Source of the DNA: an uncultured Lachnospiraceae bacterium
GTDB taxonomy: Bacteria; Bacillota; Clostridia; Lachnospirales; Lachnospiraceae
DNA: 55,840 bases
Direction of reading: 5' to 3'
NCBI GenBank assembly: GCA_902783665.1
Contig: CACZSG010000033.1
Coordinates: 1 to 55,840 of the forward strand
This document shows, in pieces, positions 39,694 to 47,979 of the stretch; position 1 is the stretch's first letter, and each line of letters starts with the position of its first letter. The position numbers and the translations under genes are program-made. Under the pieces are notes generated by a model. That model had not been told where the DNA came from. It saw nothing but the letters and a program-made list of their open reading frames with translations, and did no database searches.

Positions 39694-40089
39694 ATGAAAG
39701 AAAGATTTGACCGTTTCATGTACGGAAGATACGGATCGGACCAGCTGTCGAAGCTGCTGCTGGGGGTCTGCTTCGCATGCCTCATACTGAATGTTTTTAC
39801 CGGCAGCAGGCTGCTCTATCTGATCGCGGTCGTCATGCTGGTGTTTGCCTATATCCGGATCTTTTCCAAGGACCATACCCGCCGTTACGCGGAAAATATG
39901 AAGTATCTGCAGATCCGTGACAGGATCCTGAAAAAACTGGGACTTACGGAGAAGCAGATCCAGCAGAGAAAAATGTATCATATCTACCATTGCCCCGGAT
40001 GCAGCCAGAAGATCCGAATTCCGCGCGGAAAAGGACGGATCGAGATCACCTGCCCGAAATGCGGGAACAAATTTACAAAGAACAGCTGA
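39694..40089 (+). CDS. Membrane protein with C-terminal zinc ribbon
   Basis: 'FMYGRYG.DQL', two TM helices, CPGC..(16 aa)..CPKC. Confidence 0.8.
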   Translation: MKERFDRFMYGRYGSDQLSKLLLGVCFACLILNVFTGSRLLYLIAVVMLVFAYIRIFSKDHTRRYAENMKYLQIRDRILKKLGLTEKQIQQRKMYHIYHCPGCSQKIRIPRGKGRIEITCPKCGNKFTKNS

Positions 40090-40122
40090 CAAAATGGATC
40101 CGGGTCCTTTTAGGAGAGCCTT

Positions 40123-40974
40123 ATGTTTGGATATATCTATGTCAATGAACAGGAACTGAAAGTCCGGGAGCTGGTCACTTACAGAGGGTTCTACTGCGGA
40201 CTGTGCCGGACGCTGCACCAGAGGTACGGCAGGACCGCGCAGCTGCTTCTGAATTATGACCTGACTTTTCTTGCCATCCTTCATACGGGGCTGTATGAGA
40301 CGCCTACCCGGAATGAGCATCACAGATGCCTGATCCACCCGGCGGTCAGCCACCTGACCATGCAGAGCGAGGCCGTGGAGTATGCCGCGGATATGTGCGT
40401 GCTTCTTTCCTGGTACAAACTGGTGGACGACTGGAAAGACGAGAAGAAGGTCTCCCGCCTGACGATGGCCAACATCCTGTATCCGGATGTGAAAAAGCTG
40501 AAACAGAAGTATCCGCGCCAGAGCGCGGCCATTGAGAAGAACATCCGCCTGCTGGCCCGCGCGGAGCAGGAGAACAGCACGGACGTGGACAAGGTCAGCG
40601 GATATACGGGACGCTTCCTGGCCGAGATATTCGTGTGGAAAGACGATGTCTGGCAGGAAGATCTTCGGACCATGGGCTTTTTCCTGGGGAAATTCATCTA
40701 TCTGATGGATGCCCTGGATGATGTGGAAAAAGACCGGAAAAAAGGAAATTACAATCTGTTTCTTTCTTACGGTGATGTCTGGAGCGAAGAAAACAGGGAG
40801 AAGATACGGGGACTTCTGACGGAAATGATGATTGTCTCTTCGGCAGCCTTTGAGCGCCTGCCTGTGCTCGAGCATGCGGAGATCATCCGGAATATTCTTT
40901 ATTCCGGAGTATGGTGCAGATATCAGCTGCTGGAGCCCGGGACGAAAAAGAAAATCAGAGCACGAGGAATATGA
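40123..40974 (+). CDS. DUF5685-like protein
   Basis: MFGYI, YCGLC, 'LNYDLTFL', Asp-rich DDWKD and DALDDVEKD motifs; family name recognised by eye. Confidence 0.75.
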   Translation: MFGYIYVNEQELKVRELVTYRGFYCGLCRTLHQRYGRTAQLLLNYDLTFLAILHTGLYETPTRNEHHRCLIHPAVSHLTMQSEAVEYAADMCVLLSWYKLVDDWKDEKKVSRLTMANILYPDVKKLKQKYPRQSAAIEKNIRLLARAEQENSTDVDKVSGYTGRFLAEIFVWKDDVWQEDLRTMGFFLGKFIYLMDALDDVEKDRKKGNYNLFLSYGDVWSEENREKIRGLLTEMMIVSSAAFERLPVLEHAEIIRNILYSGVWCRYQLLEPGTKKKIRARGI

Positions 40975-40977
40975 TTT

Positions 40978-41709
40978 ATGAGAAATCCGTATGAGATCCT
41001 TGGTATCAGCGAGACAGCCACTGAGGATGAGATCAAAAAAGCATACCGGCGGCTGAGCCGCATCTACCATCCGGACGCGAATGTGAACAATCCGAATAAA
41101 GCGCAGGCCGAGGAGAAGTTTAAGGAGATCCAGCAGGCCTACCAGCAGATCATGTACGAACGCGAACATGGCGCCGGCACCTACCAGAGAGGCCCGGGCA
41201 GTTCCTACGGCGGCGGAAGCAGTTACGGAGGAAACGGCTACGGCGGTTATGGCGGCTATGGCGGATTCGGAGGATTTGGCGGGTTCGGCGGATTCGGATC
41301 CTACGGCGGGCGCCAGAATGCAGGAAGCGGCTGGTCGGAAGAGGATACCCGCATGCAGGCGGCCATGAACTATATCCGCAGCGGCCATTACCGCGAGGCA
41401 CTGCATGTGCTCTCCGAGATAGAGAACCACACGGCCAGATGGTACTATTACAGCGCCATTGCCAACATGGGCCAGGGAAACAACGTAGTGGCCAAAGAGC
41501 ATGCCAGAAGGGCGGCGGATCTGGAACCCAACAATCCGGAATACCTGCAGCTGATCCGTCAGCTGGAACAGGGCGGCGAGTGGTACCAGCAGCGCGGCGA
41601 TGTGTACGGCAGCCCGGTCAATATCGATCCCGGCAGCCTTTGCCTGCGGCTGTGCATCCTGAATATGTGCTGCGGCCCGATGTGCGGGACAAGGTTCTTT
41701 TTCTGCTGA
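40978..41709 (+). CDS. J-domain (DnaJ-like) protein with G/Y/F-rich linker, TPR-like region and Cys-rich C-terminus
   Basis: NPYEILG...YHPD...FKEIQQAY; GGY/GGF repeats; ends [23 protein letters not shown]. Confidence 0.88.
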   Translation: MRNPYEILGISETATEDEIKKAYRRLSRIYHPDANVNNPNKAQAEEKFKEIQQAYQQIMYEREHGAGTYQRGPGSSYGGGSSYGGNGYGGYGGYGGFGGFGGFGGFGSYGGRQNAGSGWSEEDTRMQAAMNYIRSGHYREALHVLSEIENHTARWYYYSAIANMGQGNNVVAKEHARRAADLEPNNPEYLQLIRQLEQGGEWYQQRGDVYGSPVNIDPGSLCLRLCILNMCCGPMCGTRFFFC

Positions 41710-41711
41710 GT

Positions 41712-41739
41712 GGGACAGAGGGACGTTCACCTTTGTCCC
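41712..41739 (+). repeat. Single REP-like hairpin unit (doubling as terminator)
   Basis: gggaca-gagggacgttcacctt-tgtccc followed by T5; same core as the 46380-46490 arms. Confidence 0.7.
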
Positions 41740-41833
41740 TTTTTCATAACCGGATAACATACTTGAGTTCTATGCTTTCATCCGCTATAATAAACAGGCA
41801 GTAATCTGAAATACGCAAAGGAGTAACAAGCTT

Positions 41834-43393
41834 ATGAATAAACCTGAATCAGTTTCGTATACAGCGCCTCAGCCGGGGCTGGAAGAAGAGAAGACGGTGC
41901 AGCGTGAACGCCTTTCCGGAATTCTCGTTCACCCGACCTCCTTTCCGTCACCCTACGGAATCGGCGATCTGGGTCCCGGAGCGTACGCGTTCATTGATTT
42001 CCTGAAGGCGTCTTCACAGCATCTGTGGCAGGTCCTTCCGCTCGGTCCTACCGGTTTTGGCGATTCGCCCTACCAGGGTCCGTCCGCTTTTGCGGGACAG
42101 CCGCTGATCATCAGCCCGGACAAGCTTGCCAAGATGGGCCTGCTGACAGAACAGGACCTTCAGGACCGCAGGGACTGGGATCCCAGAAAGGTCGACTACG
42201 GCCCCGTGATCCAGTACAAAACGGAGCTCCTTAAAAAGGCATGGCACGCGTTCTTCCATACACCTGACAAAACACTGATGGAACAGTTCGAGACATTCTG
42301 CCGCAAGGAAGCGTACTGGCTGGATGACTACGCCCTGTTTATGGCATGCAAGGATGCCCACGGCGGATGCAGATGGCTGGAATGGGAGCCGTCTCTGGTA
42401 AATCCGACGGAAAAGACAAAAACGGAATGGCGCACCAAACTGAAGGATGAGATCGACTATTACCGTTTTGTTCAGTTTATCTTTGAACTGCAGTGGGAAG
42501 AACTGAGAAGCTACGCCCATGAAAATGACGTGGAGATCATCGGAGACATTCCCATCTTCGTGTCGCTGGACAGCGCGGATGTCTGGGCCAATAAGAAGCT
42601 GTTTGATCTGGATACCAAGGGATTCCCGCGGACGGTGGCAGGGGTTCCGCCGGACTATTTCAGCGCGACAGGCCAGCTGTGGGGAAATCCGCTGTATAAC
42701 TGGGTGCATCATGAAAAGACTGGTTACAAGTGGTGGATCAGCCGCATCCGCAGGCAGCTTCAGCTGACAGATTATCTGCGTATAGACCATTTCCGCGGTT
42801 TCGAGGCCTTCTGGTCCGTTCCCGCCGAGGAAGAGACAGCCATGAACGGGGCCTGGATCAAAGGACCCGGCGAGAAGCTGTTCCGGGCCGTGGAAAAGGA
42901 ACTTGGAACCGGACTGCCGATCTTTGCCGAGGACCTTGGCGTGATCACCCCGGAGGTGGACCATCTGAGAGAGAGCCTCGGGTTCCCGGGAATGAAAGTC
43001 CTGCAGTTCGGATTCGGAGACATGGGGGACAAAAAATATATCCCGCATTTCTACACAGATGTCAACTGCATCTGTTATACCGGCACACACGACAACGACA
43101 CCACCGCGGGCTGGTATCATTCACAGCCGGAGATCATCAAGGACAGGATCCGCCGTTATGGGAACACATCGGGAGATCTGATCGGATACGATTTCATCCG
43201 TTTCAGCTTCTCATCCATAGCGAAATACGCCATCTTCCCGATCCAGGATCTTCTGCTGCTGGGAAGCGAAGCCCGCATGAATACACCTGGCGTAGCCGCT
43301 GCCAACTGGGCATTCCGCTATGTGCAGGAAGACCTGAACAAAGATAAGGCCTTCTGGCTGAAACAGACGACCGAGCTGTATGCCCGCGATTAA
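41834..43393 (+). CDS. malQ: 4-alpha-glucanotransferase (amylomaltase, GH77)
   Basis: GILVHPTS, WQVLPLGP, SPY, GVPPDYFS.TGQLWGNP, RIDHFRGF, AEDLG, GTHDNDT. Confidence 0.95.
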   Translation: MNKPESVSYTAPQPGLEEEKTVQRERLSGILVHPTSFPSPYGIGDLGPGAYAFIDFLKASSQHLWQVLPLGPTGFGDSPYQGPSAFAGQPLIISPDKLAKMGLLTEQDLQDRRDWDPRKVDYGPVIQYKTELLKKAWHAFFHTPDKTLMEQFETFCRKEAYWLDDYALFMACKDAHGGCRWLEWEPSLVNPTEKTKTEWRTKLKDEIDYYRFVQFIFELQWEELRSYAHENDVEIIGDIPIFVSLDSADVWANKKLFDLDTKGFPRTVAGVPPDYFSATGQLWGNPLYNWVHHEKTGYKWWISRIRRQLQLTDYLRIDHFRGFEAFWSVPAEEETAMNGAWIKGPGEKLFRAVEKELGTGLPIFAEDLGVITPEVDHLRESLGFPGMKVLQFGFGDMGDKKYIPHFYTDVNCICYTGTHDNDTTAGWYHSQPEIIKDRIRRYGNTSGDLIGYDFIRFSFSSIAKYAIFPIQDLLLLGSEARMNTPGVAAANWAFRYVQEDLNKDKAFWLKQTTELYARD

Positions 43394-43408
43394 AGGAGTT
43401 GATAAGAC

Positions 43409-44137
43409 ATGATTCGCCTGATCCTGATTCTCCTTTTTCTGGTCGTATTCTTCCTGATCTCCATCCCGATCTACCTGGTGGAATGGCTGATCGGAAAAAG
43501 GAATCCGCAGCTTCGTGACCGTTCTTCCCTGGCAATCGTCAGGGTGGCGTGCCGCATCGTGGGATTCCTTGCGGGAATCCGCCTTACGGTCAAAGGACTG
43601 GATAACGTTCCGAAAGACCGGCCTGTGCTGTTTATCGGAAACCACAGAAGCTTTTTTGATATCATCGTGACGTATCCTCTGATGGCAAGACCCACCGGAT
43701 TTCTGGCGAAGATAGAGCTGAAGAAGGTTCCGTTCCTGGCCTGGTGGATGTATTTTGTCAACTGCCTGTTCCTGGACAGAAAGGATAACCGGCAGGGGCT
43801 GCAGGTCATCCTGGCCGCCATCGACAAGATCAAAAACGGCATATCCATTGTCATATTCCCGGAGGGAACCAGAAACAAGGAAGCTTCCCAGCTGGATCTG
43901 CTTCCGTTCCATGAGGGATCCTTTAAAGTGGCTACCAGATCCGGCTGTCCCGTTGTGCCCATGGCCATATCCGGCACTTCAGCCGTGTTTGAAGACCATA
44001 TGCCGTGGGTCCGCTCCGTGCCTGTTACCGTGACTTTCGGAGAACCCATCGAGACCGCGGAACTGGACCGTGCCCAGCAGAAGCAGCTTTCCGGGAAAGT
44101 GAGGGAGCAGCTGCTGGAGATGCTGAAGAATTCATAA
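43409..44137 (+). CDS. plsC: 1-acyl-sn-glycerol-3-phosphate acyltransferase
   Basis: NHRSFFD, FPEGTR. Confidence 0.9.
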   Translation: MIRLILILLFLVVFFLISIPIYLVEWLIGKRNPQLRDRSSLAIVRVACRIVGFLAGIRLTVKGLDNVPKDRPVLFIGNHRSFFDIIVTYPLMARPTGFLAKIELKKVPFLAWWMYFVNCLFLDRKDNRQGLQVILAAIDKIKNGISIVIFPEGTRNKEASQLDLLPFHEGSFKVATRSGCPVVPMAISGTSAVFEDHMPWVRSVPVTVTFGEPIETAELDRAQQKQLSGKVREQLLEMLKNS

Positions 44138-44170
44138 AAGGATACTTTTCTGAACGGATGATAATTACAT

Positions 44171-44379
44171 TTGAAGGACGGCGGCAGATCCTGCCTGTGG
44201 CCTCCTCCAGATGCCCGTTGTCCTCTTCGAGAGGGCTCCGTCGCTGATTCGCGGCGCCCCTCCGAAAACGCGCTGCGCTTGGACGGTTCTCCGGGGCGCG
44301 CTGCTATCCTCGCCCTCTCTTCGAGTCCTGCCGACGCATCTTCCGGAGACCACAGGCAGGATCTGCCGCCTGACTTCAA
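44171..44379. mobile_element. Palindromic non-coding repeat element, copy A (MITE/REPIN-like)
   Basis: 30-bp imperfect terminal inverted repeats with 21-bp perfect core ggcggcagatcctgcctgtgg; homologous to 55415-55612 and 55756-55840. Mobility is inferred. Confidence 0.7.
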
Positions 44380-44512
44380 CAGCGAAAGTACTACAGTTTT
44401 TCATTCTGTTCGTAAGCTGATAAGGATTATATTCTCCAGTTTTCGTCTTTCATATAAATTTCGCAATTCATCATTATTGCATAGAATCTGACAAATACAG
44501 ACAGACGAATAC

Positions 44513-44619
44513 AAACAGCCATTATGTACATGGATATGTTCTTGTGAAACAGTACTATCATCATACAAAGGGTGATAGTACTGTTTTGGGATGACATATC
44601 ATTTACATAATGGCTGTTT
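44513..44619 (+). other. 107-nt long inverted repeat / hairpin
   Basis: aaacagccattatgta/tacataatggctgttt, gatatgt/acatatc, aaacagtactatca/tgatagtactgttt. Confidence 0.8.
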
Positions 44620-44740
44620 CTGCTGTGTCAGCTTATGCCGGGGCTTCTGTCGTCCAAGAATGTACAATTTCAAAACGGTTTATAAGTATGCAATTATGAA
44701 CAAAGAGCAGATGTGGCAAGAAACGCACGATGTCATTACC

Positions 44741-44769
44741 TTGACAGATTGTACTTAAATAAGTACAAT
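44741..44769 (+). promoter_or_regulatory. sigma70 promoter of ispE-gntR with overlapping palindromic operator
   Basis: TTGACA-17 bp-TACAAT; perfect 10-2-10 palindrome attgtactta-aa-taagtacaat at 44748-44769. Confidence 0.8.
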
Positions 44770-44798
44770 GTTTTTATTAATGGAGAGGAATCGAGTCT

Positions 44799-45701
44799 AT
44801 GAAAATCAGTGCCTGCCGGGTATTGGCCCCGGCAAAGATCAATCTTGGCCTGGACGTGCTGCGCAGACGGGAGGACGGATACCATGAACTGCGAATGATC
44901 ATGCAGAGCATCTCGGTGTGGGACACGCTGGATCTCCGGATCACCGAAGAGCCGGGCATCAGGGCGACCTGCAGCGAGCCGTCCCTGGCGATGGATGAAA
45001 AGAATCTGGTCATCCGCGCGGCAGTTCTTCTGAAAGAAGAGTTCCATATTCCGGGAGGACTGAAGATCCACCTTGACAAAAAAATACCCATGGCCGCCGG
45101 CCTCGCAGGGGGAAGCACGGATGCAGCGGCCGCACTGATTGGCCTGAACAGACTGTGGGAACTGCATCTTTCCGATGAAGAGCTTGCAAAAAGAGGGCTG
45201 AAGCTCGGAGCGGATATTCCGTTCTGCGTGATGGGAGGAACAGCGCTTGCCGAAGGAATCGGGGAAAAGCTTACCCGTCTGGAACCCGCGCCTGAAGCCG
45301 CGGTTGTCCTTGTAAAACCGCCTGTGGATGTTTCCACGGCTTTCGTATACGGAAATCTGCGGGCTTCGGAGCTGAAGGAGCATCCGGACATAGACGGACA
45401 GATGGATGCCATCCGCAGAAGAGATCTTGCCGGAATGTGCGAAAAATGCGGGAATGTGCTGGAGACCGTGACCGTTCCGGCCTGCCCTGTCATCAGAGAG
45501 ATAAAAGAGACAATGCTGCAGACAGGCGCTCTGGTTTCCATGATGAGCGGCAGCGGACCGACCGTGTTCGGCCTGTACCGCGGGAAAGAGGATGCCGGGG
45601 AGGCAGCGCGCATCCTTCAGAATATATATCCGGATGCCAGTGTCCTTGCGGCGGAATTCACAGATGGAATCAGAACAGAGACCTATACAGGAGAACAGTG
45701 A
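44799..45701 (+). CDS. ispE: 4-diphosphocytidyl-2-C-methyl-D-erythritol kinase
   Basis: APAKINLGL, DGYHEL, KKIPMAAGLAGGSTDAA, GADIPF, MSGSGPT. Confidence 0.96.
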   Translation: MKISACRVLAPAKINLGLDVLRRREDGYHELRMIMQSISVWDTLDLRITEEPGIRATCSEPSLAMDEKNLVIRAAVLLKEEFHIPGGLKIHLDKKIPMAAGLAGGSTDAAAALIGLNRLWELHLSDEELAKRGLKLGADIPFCVMGGTALAEGIGEKLTRLEPAPEAAVVLVKPPVDVSTAFVYGNLRASELKEHPDIDGQMDAIRRRDLAGMCEKCGNVLETVTVPACPVIREIKETMLQTGALVSMMSGSGPTVFGLYRGKEDAGEAARILQNIYPDASVLAAEFTDGIRTETYTGEQ

Positions 45702-45704
45702 CAG

Positions 45705-46385
45705 ATGGTGGAACAACTGACAATGGAAATGAACGAATTTCTCCCGCTCAGGGATGTGGTCTTCCAGACGCTGCGAAGCGCCATACTTAAGGGAAGCATC
45801 CTTCCGGGAGAACGCCTGATGGAAATCCACCTGGCAAATAAACTGGGCGTCAGCAGGACGCCTGTCCGGGAAGCCATCCGGATGCTGGAACAGGAAGGCC
45901 TGGTCGTCATGATACCGCGCAAAGGCGCCACAGTCGCCGAGATCACGGTCTCGGAACTGGTGGATGTCCTTGAGATCCGTATGACGCTGGAAGAGCTCGC
46001 CATGAAGCGCGCCTGCAGAAATGTCACGCCGGAATGGCTGGAAAAGCTGGAGGTCGCGGAACAGGAATTCCAGAAGGTGATCGCCGAGAACAATGATGTG
46101 GAAGCATGGGCCCTGGCGGACGAGAAATACCACAACGTCATCTACGAGATGACGGGAAACCGGCGGCTGATCCAGCTGCTGAGCAATCTCCGGGAACAGA
46201 TGTACCGCTACAGAATGGAATATCTGAAGAACAGGGATGCCCATGAGAGCCTTGTGGAAGAGCATAAAGAGATCATCCGGGCGCTGAAGCAGAAAGATGA
46301 AGTGGTAGGCATCAGGACTACGGATGAGCATATCAACAGGCAGAGAGAGAAGATCATCTCAATTCTTGAAGAGAAGAATCAGTGA
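45705..46385 (+). CDS. GntR (FCD) family transcriptional regulator
   Basis: 'PGERL.E..LA..LGVSRTPVREAI..LE.EGLV'. Confidence 0.93.
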   Translation: MVEQLTMEMNEFLPLRDVVFQTLRSAILKGSILPGERLMEIHLANKLGVSRTPVREAIRMLEQEGLVVMIPRKGATVAEITVSELVDVLEIRMTLEELAMKRACRNVTPEWLEKLEVAEQEFQKVIAENNDVEAWALADEKYHNVIYEMTGNRRLIQLLSNLREQMYRYRMEYLKNRDAHESLVEEHKEIIRALKQKDEVVGIRTTDEHINRQREKIISILEEKNQ

Positions 46386-46490
46386 GTCAGAGGGACGTTC
46401 ACCGTGACTCATTTTGCAAGCGGCCAGTCAGCAAAAGCTGACTGGCCGCTGTTCAAAATGAGTCACGGCGAACGTCCCTCTGACTCACTG
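46380..46490. repeat. 111-bp palindrome built from two inverted REP-like units
   Basis: cagtgagtcagagggacgttc..ccgtgactcattttg..gcggccagtcagc-aaaa-gctgactggccgc..caaaatgagtcacgg..gaacgtccctctgactcactg. Confidence 0.9.
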
Positions 46491-46730
46491 CATTTCACGA
46501 TATACTTCGTTAAGTTTTACGATCGCCTGGTCATATCCTTCTTCACTGAAGGGAAAGGAAAAGTACTGTTTCTGCTCTTCGGGTGTGAAATCGAAGGAAT
46601 ACGGCCCGGGATAAACACACAGGACCAGCTGGTCCTCCTCCTTCTGAAAACGGTAGTTGATCTGATTCCAGCTGCCGAAGAAGGGGGACTTTTTGAGAAA
46701 CTGCAGAGGAAGAACTTTCTCTATCTCCAT
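46485..46730 (-). CDS. Small conserved-looking hypothetical protein
   Basis: 81 aa, directly downstream of prs in the same orientation; natural composition ('PGPYSFD.T'). Confidence 0.7.
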   Translation of the reverse strand: MEIEKVLPLQFLKKSPFFGSWNQINYRFQKEEDQLVLCVYPGPYSFDFTPEEQKQYFSFPFSEEGYDQAIVKLNEVYREMQ

Positions 46731-46733
46731 GAG

Positions 46734-47915
46734 TTATCTTTTTCCCTCCCGTTTCAGTTCCAGGAAGCGCTGAATACGGTCGATCGGGTTGAGCAGTTCG
46801 CTTACGGAGCCGTCATGGTTCAGCGTGTCGATCAGCAGGGCAATATACTTGCTCATGTCGCAGCCTACATAATAGGGGCGGGAAAGCAGCTCGGGAGACT
46901 GCCAGGTCAGATTGGTAGTCAGGATGGAGTGGAAGATCCCTTTTTCGTGAGCCTCGTCGAAGCGCTCCAGACCGTTAGTGAACAGTCCGAAGGTTGCGCA
47001 CAGGAAGATCCGGTTTGCCTTTCTCTTTTTCAGTTCTCCGGCCACTTCCAGCATGCTGTCTCCGGAGGAGATGATGTCATCCAGTATGACAATGTCCTTT
47101 CCTTCGACATCCGCGCCCAGGAATTCGTGGGCGACGACCGGATGAATGCCGTGTTTGATATGTGCATAGTCCCTGCGCTTATAGAACATGCCCATATCAA
47201 GGCCAAGAACGTTGGCCATCAGAATGGCACGGCCGGCGGCTCCTTCATCCGGGCTGACGACCATCAGATTCTGAGGAGAGATCTGGATATCGTCCGCCGC
47301 GCGGTACAGTCCTTTGATGAACTGATAGATCGGCTGGACCGTTTCGAATCCGTGAAGCGGGATCGCGTTCTGCACGCGGGGATCGTGGGCGTCGAAGGTG
47401 ATGATGTTGTCTACTCCCATTTTGACGAGCTCCTGCAGTGCAAGGGCACAATCCAGGGATTCTCTGCCGCTGCGTCTGATCTGACGGCTTTCGTAGAGAT
47501 AGGGCATGATCACGTTGATACGTCTGGCCTTGCCGCCGACAGCAGCGATCACTCTCTTCAGGTCCTGAAAATGATCGTCGGGAGACATCAGGTTGATCAC
47601 ATTGTTCATCTTGTAGGTCAGGCTGTAATTGCAGACATCGACCAGAATGAACAGGTCGTCGCCGCGGACCGTGTCATTGATCTCTCCTTTTGCTTCGCCG
47701 GAACCAAAACGGGGGGTACGCGCGTCTACAAGATAATTGTCCTTGGCATAGTTGTGCAGCTGGGAGTTCCCGGCCCATTCGTGGTTTCTCTGCTTTCTCC
47801 AGGAGACAATATAATCATTTACTTTGTTGCCGAGCGTTTCGCAGCTTTTCAGAGCAATGATTCCCAGTTCGCCTACCGGAATGGATTCGCTGTTGCTTTC
47901 GATTGCAGATAACAT
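46734..47915 (-). CDS. prs: Ribose-phosphate pyrophosphokinase (long, divergent form)
   Basis: RFGSGE, VRGDD, MPYLYESRQ, DAH, SPDEG, KRR, DDIISSG. Confidence 0.88.
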   Translation of the reverse strand: MLSAIESNSESIPVGELGIIALKSCETLGNKVNDYIVSWRKQRNHEWAGNSQLHNYAKDNYLVDARTPRFGSGEAKGEINDTVRGDDLFILVDVCNYSLTYKMNNVINLMSPDDHFQDLKRVIAAVGGKARRINVIMPYLYESRQIRRSGRESLDCALALQELVKMGVDNIITFDAHDPRVQNAIPLHGFETVQPIYQFIKGLYRAADDIQISPQNLMVVSPDEGAAGRAILMANVLGLDMGMFYKRRDYAHIKHGIHPVVAHEFLGADVEGKDIVILDDIISSGDSMLEVAGELKKRKANRIFLCATFGLFTNGLERFDEAHEKGIFHSILTTNLTWQSPELLSRPYYVGCDMSKYIALLIDTLNHDGSVSELLNPIDRIQRFLELKREGKR

Positions 47916-47979
47916 GCATTCCCTCCTTGAAAACGGAATAGTCCGTATTGATCGCTCCGGCCCTGTCTAATCGGGCGGA

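Noticed and set aside
41200-41310. GGC/GGA-rich 9-bp repeats
   Set aside because: Simply encode the G/Y/F-rich linker of the J-domain protein
39517-41760. 747-aa minus-strand ORF (and similar long antisense ORFs, e.g. 20742-22844, 29830-31554, 44736-46331, 46404-47912)
   Set aside because: Shadow ORFs opposite well-supported genes in GC-rich DNA; no motifs or RBS
44171-44379. 6S RNA or SRP RNA identity for the ~200-nt rod
   Set aside because: At least three dispersed copies and no recognisable SRP or 6S consensus; cannot be fully excluded without an Rfam search
44165-44491. Short ORFs across the palindromic element (also 55319-55742)
   Set aside because: Reading frames are not preserved between copies (indels) while base pairing is; element treated as non-coding
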